Shown here one piece after another: positions 29,053 through 40,633 of a stretch of 64,000 bases of DNA. The stretch covers positions 3,840 to 67,839 of the IMG/VR virus record IMGVR_UViG_3300037258_000358, one strand, 5' to 3'. Both the position numbers and the translations under genes were made by a program. Source of the stretch: a virus. Position 1 is the stretch's first letter, and every line of letters starts with the position of its first letter. The notes beneath the pieces are model-generated. The model had not been told where the DNA came from and ran no database searches. It saw only the letters and a program-made list of their open reading frames with translations.

Positions 29053-29425
29053 GGCCTTCCGGACCGCGTACCGGCTCGTAATGACACGGTAGCCATCGGC
29101 GAACTCGACGAGGGCGCTGTTCATCCGGCCGACGGCGACGATGCGGCAGGGCTCACCGAACCGTTCCGGCAGGTACTTCCGCCAACGCCAAGTGTGGCTC
29201 ACCCGGCGCCGCCGCACATCGGACACGTCAGCCAGCGCCCGATCATGTCGATGGCCGTCGCCGGCACGGACCCGCTTCCACCGCATCGCTCGCAAGGACC
29301 ATCCGGCGGCGTCAGATGAAGCGCAGGGGGTGCATCGACTATGCGCACTGGCGGGTTGGCCTCAGCTAAGCGTCGGCGGTGCTGGGCGTATAGGCGCTGG
29401 CGGGGATCGTCTTGCGGGAGGTCCA

Positions 29426-30277
29426 TCATCGGGGATCGCCCTCCCACCCGAGCGGTGCCTGAAAGCCTGAAGCATGGGCGTGGCCACCGCCGCCATACGC
29501 CGCCGCAATCACGGAAACATCGGCCCCATCGTCCATGGAGCGGAGTGAAAAGACCCGCGCGCCATCAGCGCGGTCAAAATAGCACGCCCCGAACGGATAG
29601 CCCTTGGCCAGCTCATGCGCCGCGTCCGACGACATCGTGTAGGGCAGATTGGCGACCCGGACTGGATAGCCGCCGATCACCATGCTTCGCGTGGTCTGAG
29701 CGAGCAATTCCCTAACGTCTTTGTGGTGCTTTCGCTCAATGGCGACGCCTTGGGAGATGATGTTCTCCAGTCCGGCGCGCGTGCTCAGTTGAGCGGCCAG
29801 ATCATCCCACGCGCCAAACTCATACGAGTGGCTGAAGAGGACAGCGGCGACCTCTCGCGAGCCGTGCAGTTGGAAGCGCCAGAGATCGCGGTCCTGCACG
29901 TAGAGGCAAATTGGAGGTGCTTCAGAGTCGTGGCAATAATCCCACGCCAGCACGGCCCCGCTGCGGTCCATATCGAACACAACATCCACATTCGGGTGAG
30001 CGCGGGCATCCCAGCCTTCCAGGTCAGCCTGCGCGCTCTTGTGGTGGTCCAGGATCGTTAGCGACCGACATTGTTCGACCATCTTGTCGAGGACCGGCCG
30101 CTTGTAGGAAAAGTCCACCAATAGCACGTCTTTGTCAGCCACGTCTGGCGGTGCTTCGCCATAAACGCCAGGATGGAATTGGACTGCGTCGCCCCACTTT
30201 TTCCAAACGGCCCACGCTGATGTAAATCCATCGGCACACGGATGATGGTGGATGCAAATATCAGGTGCGTCGGTCAT
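29426..30277 (-). CDS. DHH/DHHA1 phosphoesterase
   Basis: HHPCADG, VDFS, LDHH, DRDLW, FSLRS, GGGGHAHASGF. Confidence 0.88.
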   Translation of the reverse strand: MTDAPDICIHHHPCADGFTSAWAVWKKWGDAVQFHPGVYGEAPPDVADKDVLLVDFSYKRPVLDKMVEQCRSLTILDHHKSAQADLEGWDARAHPNVDVVFDMDRSGAVLAWDYCHDSEAPPICLYVQDRDLWRFQLHGSREVAAVLFSHSYEFGAWDDLAAQLSTRAGLENIISQGVAIERKHHKDVRELLAQTTRSMVIGGYPVRVANLPYTMSSDAAHELAKGYPFGACYFDRADGARVFSLRSMDDGADVSVIAAAYGGGGHAHASGFQAPLGWEGDPR

Positions 30278-30340
30278 AGTTCCCTCCAGTGCAAAAACAG
30301 GTATTTCAACATTCTCCGGGATGAAAGAGTCCTTCATCCT

Positions 30341-33300
30341 CTACACGGAGCCCTTGGCTGGAGTGTTGGCGAGAGCATCGGCCGCCATTTGCACATAGTC
30401 CTGGTCTGGGTATTGAGGGGCATAGGCACCTGCTGCCCAGAGCCACGCCCAATTTGGTTCTTGAACTCCTGTCGGCGTGAAACGGGCGTTACACCGGACG
30501 CAAAACAGATAATGCTCCGGGCGCTTATAGACGAGCGGCTTGCGACCGCAGCAGCGGCCCTTCTCGTCCAAATGTCTCGCCGGGAAGGATGCTGGCAAAT
30601 CTTGTCCCCCCTCCATCACGACCGCTCTCCCGCAGATCGGGCGAAGGCCACAGAGGCTTTGCGGAGCCGGGACAGCGCCAGCAATTCCTTGCCCAACAGG
30701 ACGCGCCCTTTGATGGCCGCGGCGTAAGCCTCGGCAGCGCTAATCACCTCCCCAAGGCCGTCCTGGGCCAAGATGGCGTCTACCTCGGCGTAAACGTAAG
30801 CGCGGTCAGCTTCATCATGGTCCTCCCAACGCGGCCCTTCGTCGTGGCTATCATAGAGGCGTTCCCACATCGCCCGCGCGGCCCTCTCCCGGAAGGTATT
30901 GCGAGGGATGGTCGATTCAGGTGACGAGCCGTACACGGTCATGCTTTCGAGGTCTCCGCGTTCGCAACGCTGATTCCAAGGCATTCAGTATGGTGGTGTG
31001 CCCCGCCTGACAGCACGGGGCAGTAGCCGAACCCGAGCGCCTTTCCACAGGTCGCGCACGGCTCGAACATGCGAATGAGGTTGCGGGCGATGTGGAAATT
31101 CACCTTCCAATGATGGACGTGCCAGCGCGGATGCTTCCACCATGGGCGGTAATGCCGATGCAGATTGGCCGCGATCAGCTTGACGAGAGTTTCAGGTTCT
31201 TCGGCGGTGGAGAGGTTGTCGATCGGATTGAGCGCGAGAGCATGAGCTTGGTCGGTCACGTCCCGAACGCGGGTGAAGGCTCTGCGCATCCATTTGGCGT
31301 GCGCGCCGCCGTCGCCGTTCTGGCCATTCCACCAGCGCCGAAGTTCAAGTTCGCGCGCCACCATGACACAAACCGCCATGGTTTCGGCGAGCGGCATTCG
31401 GGAGTAAGTGTAGCCACGGCTATCGTCCAAACCGCCAGGATGATTGACGGGTGTTCGCGTTCGCAGGGCGCGGCCGACCTCGAACATCGTGGCCTTGTCG
31501 GCGAGGATGTATCTCACCGCGTCGGCGTAAGGCCCGGGCGAACGGTCAAACCAGCCACAACTATCGTCGGTGCGATTGCCAGTTCCCGGCTTCTCAGGGT
31601 CGACGTGCCAGATATCGACACCAATCCACGGCGCGAGGCCATAGAGGAAGCGCCCGAAAGACCATGGCTTTGGTTTACCTCTGAAGCTGACGCCGCCGGC
31701 CGGATAGGGCGGGAAGCTGAAAGCCAGCGTCGACGGATCATACATTCTCAGTCCTTCCAAGCATTTCGCAAGTACGGCTCGTCATTATTCTCTCCTCCAA
31801 GCTGCGGCGCGCTCGCTCATGGCCAATAAAGCCCGTCGCGATTGCAGTTCGGGCATGGGCGCGCATTGTCGCAATCTTCGGCTTCGACGGACCCTCGACA
31901 CAGATCATCGCAACAGCCATGAAGCCAGCCGTCGTCACAGTTATAGCAGCCCATTAGGCCGGGACCGCCGATGTTTGGATCGTCATCCCAATCGTCTAGG
32001 TCATCGTCCGACTCTGCGGAGCGCTCGCGGGAATGGGTCATGGCTGATCTACTAGCGAAGCCCGGAAACCGCCGCAGGTATTCACAGCGCAGATCACGAG
32101 CGCGAGAATTGCCGACGCTTCGGGGTCGCTGCGATCAAGCGCACACAGGACCACGCGGCCATTTGCGTCTCTCAGACGGCCAGCGCAGTATTCGTCCTCG
32201 GTCCACGGCAACGGTGCTTGAACGGCGCTGGCCATCGATTGGAACGCGTCTGTGGTCTCCATCTTGTCGAGGCGCAAGATCGCCATTACCCGCTCTCCTG
32301 TTGCGACTGAGCCTCGTGGGCGGGTGGATCGGGAAGGGGCTGCCAATCCGTCGGTTCGCGAAGTTCATCAACGCAAAAGCCCGCACTCTCATGCCAACGA
32401 CAGAAGGTCACGAAACCTTCTAAGCCGTGGGCAGGCGCAGCGAAAACGATGATGCCAGTCCCATCCTTCGGCGCTTCCTCAATCGGCCGCCATTCGGATA
32501 GCACCCCGGCTATGGCGTCGATGACGCGGTCCATCAGTTCGTCGCTGGCATTCAGGAAATACGGCCCCCATGATCGCCGCACTTCCTCCCGCGCTCGCTG
32601 ACGTTGGGTTGGGCTAACCGCCATTACTCGCACCCTCCTGTTTGGGTTGGCGTGGGGATGGTAACGGTCCCGCCAACGCCAATAAACGGATCACCCAGAA
32701 AGCGTTGTGCGGCGCGCACCTGTTCATTATACTGTTCTTTCAGCACACGAGCGCGCGGACAATCTGATCGTAAACAGCAAACCCAATCCCAAGGGCAAGC
32801 TGAATAGCAATCTTGACGCGCCCTCTCTTCCATCTACTCTCCCTTCAGGCTGGCGATGGCGGCGCGGGCTGTTTCGCTGTCGCAAAAACAGATTGCGCGG
32901 ATATGCCAGAGCGTATCCTCGTCCGGCTCTACAAGGCGCGCAGCCAGCGACAGGAGGGCGTCTAGATCCCCCATGTCGAGGGCGTGTTCGTTGCCCTTGA
33001 TCTTGCCGGATTTGGTGAGGGCGCAGGCGGAACGAAAGCGCCGGACGCGATCCAACAGCGCTCTATCGACGGTGGGGATCATGGGCTCAGGCTCCGATGG
33101 CTTTGATAATGCGGCGGAGATCGCCAAGCCGCATGTCGATGCGGTGGCTGTCGCGGGGCCTGTAGAGCGCGACAGAATGTTCGGCCTCCCATAGCTTGGT
33201 GCGCCGGACGAGTGGTTCCGCTGCATGTATGATTTCGATCAACGCCTTGGCGACATCGCGGATTCCGTCAGGGTCGCGGAGAGCGATGAGTTGCAACTTT

Positions 33301-35955
33301 TCATCACTCGCGACTACAAGCCCTTCGGCGGCAGCACCAATGACGCGCTCGGTAAGTCGCCCGGCTCTATCATCGGGCTCCGGCCCCTCAACTCTATCGC
33401 TCATGGGGTGGGGTCCAGCGCCGGAGGAGGAGGCGGCCCGGGATCAAAGGGCGGTGTCTGATCGTCGCGTATATAGCGATAGGCCCCGGCAAACGGATAG
33501 GCCGACCACACGCCATCGTCTTTTATGGCATTGGCGTATATGAAGGTGGCCGTATCTAGCTGAGCCGGCTTATCTCTGTCGAACGGGGGCAAATCGAGAA
33601 ACGCCAGAATTTGGAAGATGGCGCGAGATTGTTCCCCGAATTGCGCCCCCTGCGATGGTCCTAGTTCATTAAGGTAAAACGCGCCATCCTGGGCAGCTTG
33701 CTTTGTGGCTTCGTCAATCATCTCTAATTCTCCTTCCCAGGGGTTGCGGAGAGGGCGGCGAAGGCGACGTCCATAATGCCGCTAGCGTGCACCATTCCCT
33801 CGTCGAGCGTGCCTGTCGGATCAGTTACGCCGTTCTCCCACGCACCCGCGTTGGCATGTAAGCAAAGATCGTAAAGACCCTCCAGCGCCGCTCTCAGCCC
33901 GTCCCTCGCAGCGGTCAGCTCTGCGATGCGGGCGGCCATATCGGGAGCGGAGGCGATCAGCGCGGCGTCAGCATGGCTAAAGCATACAAAGTCGTCGCGG
34001 ATGTAGGGCGCCGAAGTTGAAGTGCGTTCGATGTGGCACGGGACACCGATGCAAAACTCGCCCTCATCCAGATAGCCGTAGGTCGGTTGATGCGCCCAAT
34101 TGACGCGCGGGCGGCTCTGGACAAGAACTGTGCTATCGCCACCAAGCGCCTCCACCCTCCATGGTCCCGGCGTATGCCCGCTCATTCCACCTCTCCCTTC
34201 AGAGCCTCGTCAATGAGACGCAGGTCCTCTCTCGCGGTGGCCGTGTCCGCCCAGGTTATAACCCAGCCGCGTGCGCGTCTCAGGAGTGCTTCCAATCTGG
34301 CGATGCGGGCGTCTTGCGCCTCCACATAGTCGGCGATGTTGGCGCGGTCGGTTTTGGTGAGGGTCATTCCACCTCACTCATAGGACCGGTGGCTGAAGAG
34401 AGGGTGGAGACCCGAAATTCTCAAGCATGTCGAGAAAATTGGAAGCCTCGTTACTGTCCATCAATCCTAAGTCTCCATGAAAGTTCGACTTGATGGAGTG
34501 GCGCATAGAATGGCCTGGTCTGGGCTCGAAGGATATGCCATAAAAGGCCAAACGGGATGCTATGCTGTCATTCTCTTGCATTGTCATTCTCCAGTGAGGG
34601 TCAATCGTAAACGTCCATTATGTCGATCAGATCGAGCGGCGGTTGTTCCGGGGTGGACCAGCCACAACCCTCGCAATGCCAAGTGCCCCGCACGTCGATT
34701 TCAACGCTGTCGCTCTCGGCTATTTGGCCACAATGGGGGCAATACATCTAATCCATGCGCAACTCGCTCATTCCACGTCCCCCGCTTCTCGGGCTGCGGC
34801 ATAGGCGGTGAGGAAGGCTTGGGCGCGGGCCTCGTATATCCTTCGGTCGGTGTCAGTAAGCTCATCCCAAGACCATGTCGGTGCTGGATAAACAACACGT
34901 CGGAACAGCTCCCCCGCACTCACCTTCGGCCGCTCGTGATGGGCGATGGAGGAAGCGTAATCATAGCCCGCTTCCGTGAAGTCTGGATCGCGGTCTTCTT
35001 GAGGATTGTTGTGGACCGCTTCGCATCCCGCTACGAAAGCGTTCTTTAGCGCCTCGCGCTGGTCATCCTCCGTGTCCTCTCTCGCGTCGGCGATCACAGC
35101 ATCAGCAGCGGCTTGCCAAGGCTCGCCCTCCGCGTGAGTGTCGGCCTGGGTGGCCTCGAACGCTTCCCGCGCCACCTCTCCGCCCGTTCTCGGCGAGGTG
35201 GACTTGGCGACTGTCGCTCCCATGGTTAATTCCCACAGGCCGTTTTGGGCGTGTTTTCCCCAAAGCAACTCGCTTGAAGACTGGCCATTGATTACAATGT
35301 GGTCCTTCGCACTCCCTGCACACACCACATGGACGCTGCCGCTCCCCTCCGCATCCCATTCGCGAACCTTTGCCGCGACGGCGACGGCGACATTGCGTAG
35401 GATATGAGGCCCTAGAGGTGCTTTGGCCTGAGCGGCTAGTGCAACTGCTTCCAACTCTTCCGCTTCATTCCGGGGTTCGGTCATTGGGGGGGGGGGTTCT
35501 TTCGATCACGGCTTTCAGATCCTGTCGCCTTCGGCTGCATCGTCGAGAACGCCCTCGGCCGCGGCGCTGGCCTGGATAGAGGCCAGATGGCGTGCGTCGA
35601 TGAAGCCGGCCTTAAAGGACTGTTGGCCTAGGGCCAGGGCGTCGGCCCACGTCAGTTCGCCCATGATCGCCAGGTTCTCGGCCTCGGCAAGCTGGCTGAC
35701 GGCCAGATGCTTCTGCCATTGGGCGTCCGCGGCCAACCTGGCCTTGCGGCGATCCAGAAGATTGCGGATCGGGTAGGCGACCGTCCGCTTGGCAATCCAG
35801 CGCAGGAAGAGCCCGAAGAGAGCGACATCGGTGATCGGCCATGCGATGCATGCCCAGAAGAAGTTTTCCTGAGCGAGGCCATCCTCGCCGAGGAAGGCGG
35901 AAAGCACCAGGGCATGGAACACGGCGCCAATGGCCAGGATGAGGACCGGGTTCAT
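30341..35955 (-). other. Array of ~15 small co-oriented hypothetical phage genes of lower GC (e.g. 30341-30619, 30939-31760, 32038-32346, 32286-32633, 33401-33721, 33724-34185, 34768-35484, 35515-35955)
   Basis: Overlapping stop/start codons; typical phage motifs such as WRPIEEAPKDG (32286-32633) and HTPGPW...ADAALIASAPD (33724-34185). Confidence 0.6.
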
Positions 35956-36368
35956 CGCGGCCCTTCCAGCATCAACGTCCGGGGCATATGCCCCTTTTCG
36001 CGCATATCCTCGAGCTGCGGCGTCGCCCATTCGCTCATGGTCTGGCCATCGTATAGGACCATGTCAGCCAAAAACTCCCGCTCAATGGTCGTGGCGCCCT
36101 CGCGAACGGCCTCCAATTTGAAGCGGATGATCTGGCCCAGCAGCCGCCAAGCGCGCCGCTCTTCCTGCGGCGTGTTTCTGGCCTTTGGATTGATGGGGAC
36201 CGTGACCCGATACATGCAGGCGTGAACCTGAAAGGCGACGACAGACCTCTCGCTGCTTTCGAAGATCGCGATCTGATCTGCGGCGTGCTTACGCAGCATC
36301 GCCTTCACTTCACTCTGGCTCTGGCTGGCCGGAACCTTCGTATCTTGGGCGAAATGGCGCGTCGTCAT
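35952..36368 (-). CDS. Conserved phage hypothetical protein
   Basis: TKVPASQSQSEVKAML...QEERRAWR...KLEAV...EREFLA. Confidence 0.65.
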   Translation of the reverse strand: MTTRHFAQDTKVPASQSQSEVKAMLRKHAADQIAIFESSERSVVAFQVHACMYRVTVPINPKARNTPQEERRAWRLLGQIIRFKLEAVREGATTIEREFLADMVLYDGQTMSEWATPQLEDMREKGHMPRTLMLEGPR

Positions 36369-37159
36369 GCGTAGAGGCCTACTTGGGGACGCCGCGCCAT
36401 CGCTGGCTGCTCGACGAACCGGAACGACAGCCAGCCCGCGAACAGCGCCATCGGGAGCGCGGTGATGAAGAGCCAGATCGGCTCATGGACGCCGGCCATG
36501 ACCAGGACGCCCTGGATCGGCCAGCCGTAGAGGTAGGTCCCGAACGAGATATCCGGGATGCGCGGTAGCGGCAGGCGAAGGCGCCCGATGTGCGCATGGA
36601 ACCCGGCGCCAACCAGGAAGGCCGCGAACATGCGATAGACGCTGGCGGCCGGGAACGAGATCGCCAGGATGATGAAGAGTGTCGTCACCATGATCCAGAT
36701 ATCCGGGCGCCGCAGGAAGGGCGCGAACAGGAGCGGAACGGCCGCATAGCAGGCGACCTCCCAGAAGATCGTGTACATCGGCGCGTCGACGGGAATGCCT
36801 CCGAACGGCCGCGCGCCAGGCGCCTGCAGCGTCAGGAGACGGCCGACATCGGCCAGCGTCGGGCTCGCGCCAAGCGACGGCCCGATCAGAAGCGCGCAGA
36901 CCAGGAACGCCGTCGCGTAGCCCGGCAGGATCCGGAGCGCGCGTTTGCGGGCGAACCGGACCGCGTCAGGATCGGAGCGCCAACTGGCGGTCACCAACGC
37001 CCCGGAGAGCATGAAGAAGCCCAGGACACACCAGCCGCCGAGCCCCAGCCCAAATGCGCTCGGCTCAGCACCCGCTTCGCACCAGGGATTGCAGTGCGAT
37101 AGGATCACGCCGCTGGCGAGCGCGAGACGGATGGACGTCAGGTCAGTGCGGGGGGTCAT
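36365..37159 (-). CDS. Acyltransferase family 3 (glycan O-acetyltransferase-like)
   Basis: LTSIRLALASGVILSH, FFMLSG, KRALRILP, YTIFWE, DISFGTYLYGWP, SFRFVEQP; multi-TM. Confidence 0.85.
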   Translation of the reverse strand: MTPRTDLTSIRLALASGVILSHCNPWCEAGAEPSAFGLGLGGWCVLGFFMLSGALVTASWRSDPDAVRFARKRALRILPGYATAFLVCALLIGPSLGASPTLADVGRLLTLQAPGARPFGGIPVDAPMYTIFWEVACYAAVPLLFAPFLRRPDIWIMVTTLFIILAISFPAASVYRMFAAFLVGAGFHAHIGRLRLPLPRIPDISFGTYLYGWPIQGVLVMAGVHEPIWLFITALPMALFAGWLSFRFVEQPAMARRPQVGLYA

Positions 37160-37380
37160 GGACGCTTCACCAACCCAGCCATGGCCTGGGGAATCCAGTT
37201 TCGCGTGTTCGATGCGACGTCGCCGAGCTTGTCGACCGCTGAGGCGAGCGCAGCAACGCCGACGCCAATCGCCCCAAGGCCACTCCCGATCGCCAATCCA
37301 GCCACGATGATCCCGAAGCCGATGGCGATCCCTGCTCCGAGGATACCCGTCGCCAAATAGTTCATGTCCGTACCGCTCAT
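37156..37380 (-). CDS. Small membrane protein
   Basis: Gly/Ala/Ile-rich hydrophobic 74-aa ORF, coupled on both sides. Confidence 0.5.
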   Translation of the reverse strand: MSGTDMNYLATGILGAGIAIGFGIIVAGLAIGSGLGAIGVGVAALASAVDKLGDVASNTRNWIPQAMAGLVKRP

Positions 37381-38222
37381 GCGCTCAGCCTGAATGATGG
37401 CGCCTCAGTCACAGGGAACTCACGCCAGAGACGCCCGTCCAGCAACGCGCCACCCTTGCCATTTGCCTTCGGGTCGAGGCGCTCGGCCTCGGCCTTGGAA
37501 AGCCCGCGCTCAAAGACGGCCGCGTTCGAACCGTAGTTTCCGAACTGCTTGAAGAAATAGGCCGAGCCGTAGTCACGGCAGTCGTCGCGGAGGTCGCGGA
37601 ACCATTGCGGGTCAGAGATCCGGGCGCCCGGGCCGCTCTCCCCGCCTGAGATCGTCCAGTCAGGCCTGCCGTCGCGGGAAGAGGTATCTGGGAAGCGGAG
37701 CGGCCCGACAGCCGGCTCGTAGGAGATGAAGCGCACTACGGCGGGGATGGCCGCCAACTTCGGCCAGCGCCGATCGAAGTTCTCTTGATCCTCCGTGGTC
37801 GTGCCCAGCCAGACGTTCGGATATCCAGAGCCCCAATCGGCAGGAAGGAAGCGCCTGATGTTCTCGGGGCGCTTGGTCAGGATCAGCCAGTCGAGATCCG
37901 GGGTATCGCGGATGACCGTCCACGCCTCGTCACGCCATTCCTTCGGGGCCTTGTTGTCGAAGAAATCAGAAAGCGAGCACGTGAACACGCGCTGACGGCG
38001 CCCATGCTCAGCTTGGAAGCGGCCGGCGTTTCGTTGCCAGCCCAGCGGCGCACCCCAGGTTTTTGTTCGCTTGCGAATGCCATGCGGACCCCACTCTACC
38101 CAACCATATCGAGCATTAAGCGCCTCACTATAGCAATTGTCGCATGCTTTACTCAGCTTGGTGCAACCCAGCCAGAAATTTTGCGTGCTATCGCACCATT
38201 CTATTTTGCTGACCTCAGCCAT
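37377..38222 (-). CDS. DUF5131 / Gp37-Gp68 family (three-Cys, radical-SAM-like) protein
   Basis: SKIEWCD, GCTKLSKACDNCYS, SLSDFF, LTKRPEN, SYEP, GGESG, FFKQ. Confidence 0.92.
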   Translation of the reverse strand: MAEVSKIEWCDSTQNFWLGCTKLSKACDNCYSEALNARYGWVEWGPHGIRKRTKTWGAPLGWQRNAGRFQAEHGRRQRVFTCSLSDFFDNKAPKEWRDEAWTVIRDTPDLDWLILTKRPENIRRFLPADWGSGYPNVWLGTTTEDQENFDRRWPKLAAIPAVVRFISYEPAVGPLRFPDTSSRDGRPDWTISGGESGPGARISDPQWFRDLRDDCRDYGSAYFFKQFGNYGSNAAVFERGLSKAEAERLDPKANGKGGALLDGRLWREFPVTEAPSFRLSA

Positions 38223-38401
38223 TATTCAAATGCTCCGGTTGCAGGGGCGCGCAGATAGGCGACTCGCCCCCGTTGCCAATCGAGGTTACGATCACCAGTC
38301 TGGCTGGTCTTGGAGGCCATCATGTTTCCCGGTCGAGGACGGTATTCGAATCGTAGTCTCAGCGCCGCTCTCGTGCAACCATATTTGCACGGCGCTCTCT
38401 G

Positions 38402-38905
38402 ATGGCTGACCGGGAACTCATCAACGACGAGACGACCCGGATGACAATCCAGGGCCTCGCTTCCATCTTCGCGACGCAGGAAGAGGCCGCCGCAGTCCTG
38501 GGCGTCAAGCCGACCAGGTTCATGACCTTCGTGCGCGACAATCCGGACGTCATGGAAATCTGGGAGCGGGGAGGGCGGATCGGCAAGGTGTCGGTGCGCC
38601 GCAAGCAGTTCGCCCTGGCCGATCGCAACGTCGGCATGGCCATCTGGCTCGGCAAGCAGTTCCTCGGCCAGCGCGACGACCCCCTCGATGGCAAGCAGAA
38701 ACTCGACGATGACGGGCGCGTCGCCGTTCCCACCGGAAAGGGCCTGACCACGGAGGACAAGCGTGAACTCGAGCGGATTCTCTCAAAGGCTGCGGGGAAC
38801 GAGACTGGAAGTGCCGCCGGGCCTGGACCTGAAGCAGATCCAGAAGGAGCTGGCGGGGGAGAGCCTGAGGGACTTCATCCGCATCGGCTGGCCGCAGATC
38901 GATAA
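38402..38905 (+). CDS. terS: Terminase small subunit
   Basis: HTH, GKVSVRRKQF...MAIWLGKQFLGQRD; directly upstream of TerL. Confidence 0.8.
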   Translation: MADRELINDETTRMTIQGLASIFATQEEAAAVLGVKPTRFMTFVRDNPDVMEIWERGGRIGKVSVRRKQFALADRNVGMAIWLGKQFLGQRDDPLDGKQKLDDDGRVAVPTGKGLTTEDKRELERILSKAAGNETGSAAGPGPEADPEGAGGGEPEGLHPHRLAADR

Positions 38906-40379
38906 ATCCAGCTTCGTTCCTGGATTTCACATTGATGCAATTTGCGACCACCTAGAAGCGGTCACCCGCGGCGAGATCACCCGCCTGCTGATCAACATTC
39001 CACCTCGTCACATGAAATCGTCAGGTGTCTGCGTGGCGTGGCCGGCTTGGATCTGGGCGCAGGAACCGAACGAGGAAGGCGACTATCCGACCAAGGGCTT
39101 CTGGGGCCCGTCGGTGCAATTCCTGTACGCCAGCTACGCCCAGAGCCTCTCGAACCGGGATAGCGCCAAGTGCCGCCGGCTGATGCGCTCGCCCTGGTAC
39201 CGGAGGAATTGGGGCCACCTCTTCGAGTTCTCGGGCGACCAGAACGCCAAGATCCGGTTCGAAAATGACCAGATGGGCTATCGGATCGCCACCTCGGTCG
39301 ATGGCCTGGCGACAGGAGAGGGCGGCGACATCGTCGTCGTCGACGACCCGCACAACACCAAGCAGGCTGAATCGGAGACCGTCCGCGAGGCGTGCCTGAC
39401 CTGGTGGGACGAGACCATGTCCACCCGCCTCAATGACCCTCGCACGGGCGCGTTCGTTATCATCATGCAGCGGTTGCATGAAAACGACCTGACCGGCCAC
39501 ATCCTGGAAACCGAGGGCGCTGACTGGACGCATCTGTGCCTCCCGGCCAGGTTCGAGCCAGATCACCCGACCGTATGGGCCCGCGATCCGAGGACGGAAC
39601 TCGGCCAGCTCCTCTGGCCCGTGCGCGTGCCGGAAACGACGATGGTCAAGCTCGAGCGACGCCTTGGGCCCTACGCCGTGGCGGGCCAGCTCCAGCAACG
39701 CCCGGCGCCGCGGGAAGGCGGCCTCTTCAAGCATGAGTATTTCGAACACGCGATGATCGACCGCGCCAATCTGCCGCAGGGCCGCGTCCGCGTACGGCAT
39801 TGGGACTTGGCGGCGACGGAATTGAAGGCGACGGATATGCGCGGCGCCCGGACCGCCGGCGTCCTGATGAGCCGGTCGATGGACGGCCGCTATTTCGTTG
39901 AGGACTGCCGGACGGCGGCGAAGGGCGGCAATGCCGTCAAGAAGCTGATCCACGAAGTCGCCGTGCTCGAGGATGGAAAGGGCGTGACGATCTCGCTCCC
40001 CCAGGATCCGGGACAGGCCGGCAAGACTCAGCGGCGCGATTTCATGGTCCTGCTGGACGGGTTCGTCGTGCGCAGCTCGCTGGAGGGCGCCGAGGGCAGC
40101 AAGGAAAAGCGCGCCGAACCCTTCGCCACGCAATGCGAGGCGGGGAACGTCTATCTGGTGAAGGCGCCCTGGAACAAGGAATTCCTCGACGAGATCACCA
40201 TGTTCCCGGGAGGCGTGCGCAAGGACATCGTCGACGCCTGTTCGGGCGCCTATACGAAGCTCGTTCCGCACCCGGCCATGCTCATCGGCCAACAGCCGAT
40301 CGTGGGCGGCATCCTCATCGAGGGCGTCAAGGAGGTCGAGGGCTACATGGAACAGGACTTCCTCAACGCGATGAGTTGA
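38763..40379 (+). CDS. terL: Terminase large subunit
   Basis: RLLINIPPRHMKS, VVDDPH, MQRLHENDL, QQRP, HWDLA, KDIVDA. Confidence 0.95.
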   Translation: MNSSGFSQRLRGTRLEVPPGLDLKQIQKELAGESLRDFIRIGWPQIDKSSFVPGFHIDAICDHLEAVTRGEITRLLINIPPRHMKSSGVCVAWPAWIWAQEPNEEGDYPTKGFWGPSVQFLYASYAQSLSNRDSAKCRRLMRSPWYRRNWGHLFEFSGDQNAKIRFENDQMGYRIATSVDGLATGEGGDIVVVDDPHNTKQAESETVREACLTWWDETMSTRLNDPRTGAFVIIMQRLHENDLTGHILETEGADWTHLCLPARFEPDHPTVWARDPRTELGQLLWPVRVPETTMVKLERRLGPYAVAGQLQQRPAPREGGLFKHEYFEHAMIDRANLPQGRVRVRHWDLAATELKATDMRGARTAGVLMSRSMDGRYFVEDCRTAAKGGNAVKKLIHEVAVLEDGKGVTISLPQDPGQAGKTQRRDFMVLLDGFVVRSSLEGAEGSKEKRAEPFATQCEAGNVYLVKAPWNKEFLDEITMFPGGVRKDIVDACSGAYTKLVPHPAMLIGQQPIVGGILIEGVKEVEGYMEQDFLNAMS

Positions 40380-40633
40380 GTCATGCTGGGAGCCTCGGAG
40401 GGCCAGATGGCAAATTATAGGTTTGTGAATTCGACCGGCCCAATCATCCGCCTTTTCGTCGCCGGCATCCTCTTCCTGAAGAACGGCAGGTCCGTCATCG
40501 TTCAGGGCCGCAAGGAAGTCGCCATTTGCAAGGCGAATGACCAGCTGACCTACGTCGTCGATTAGCCACCGTCTTTCGCCGGACGGCGCAACACGTTAGC
40601 GTCACGTCCGAACCCCGGGGGCGTCGACCAGCG

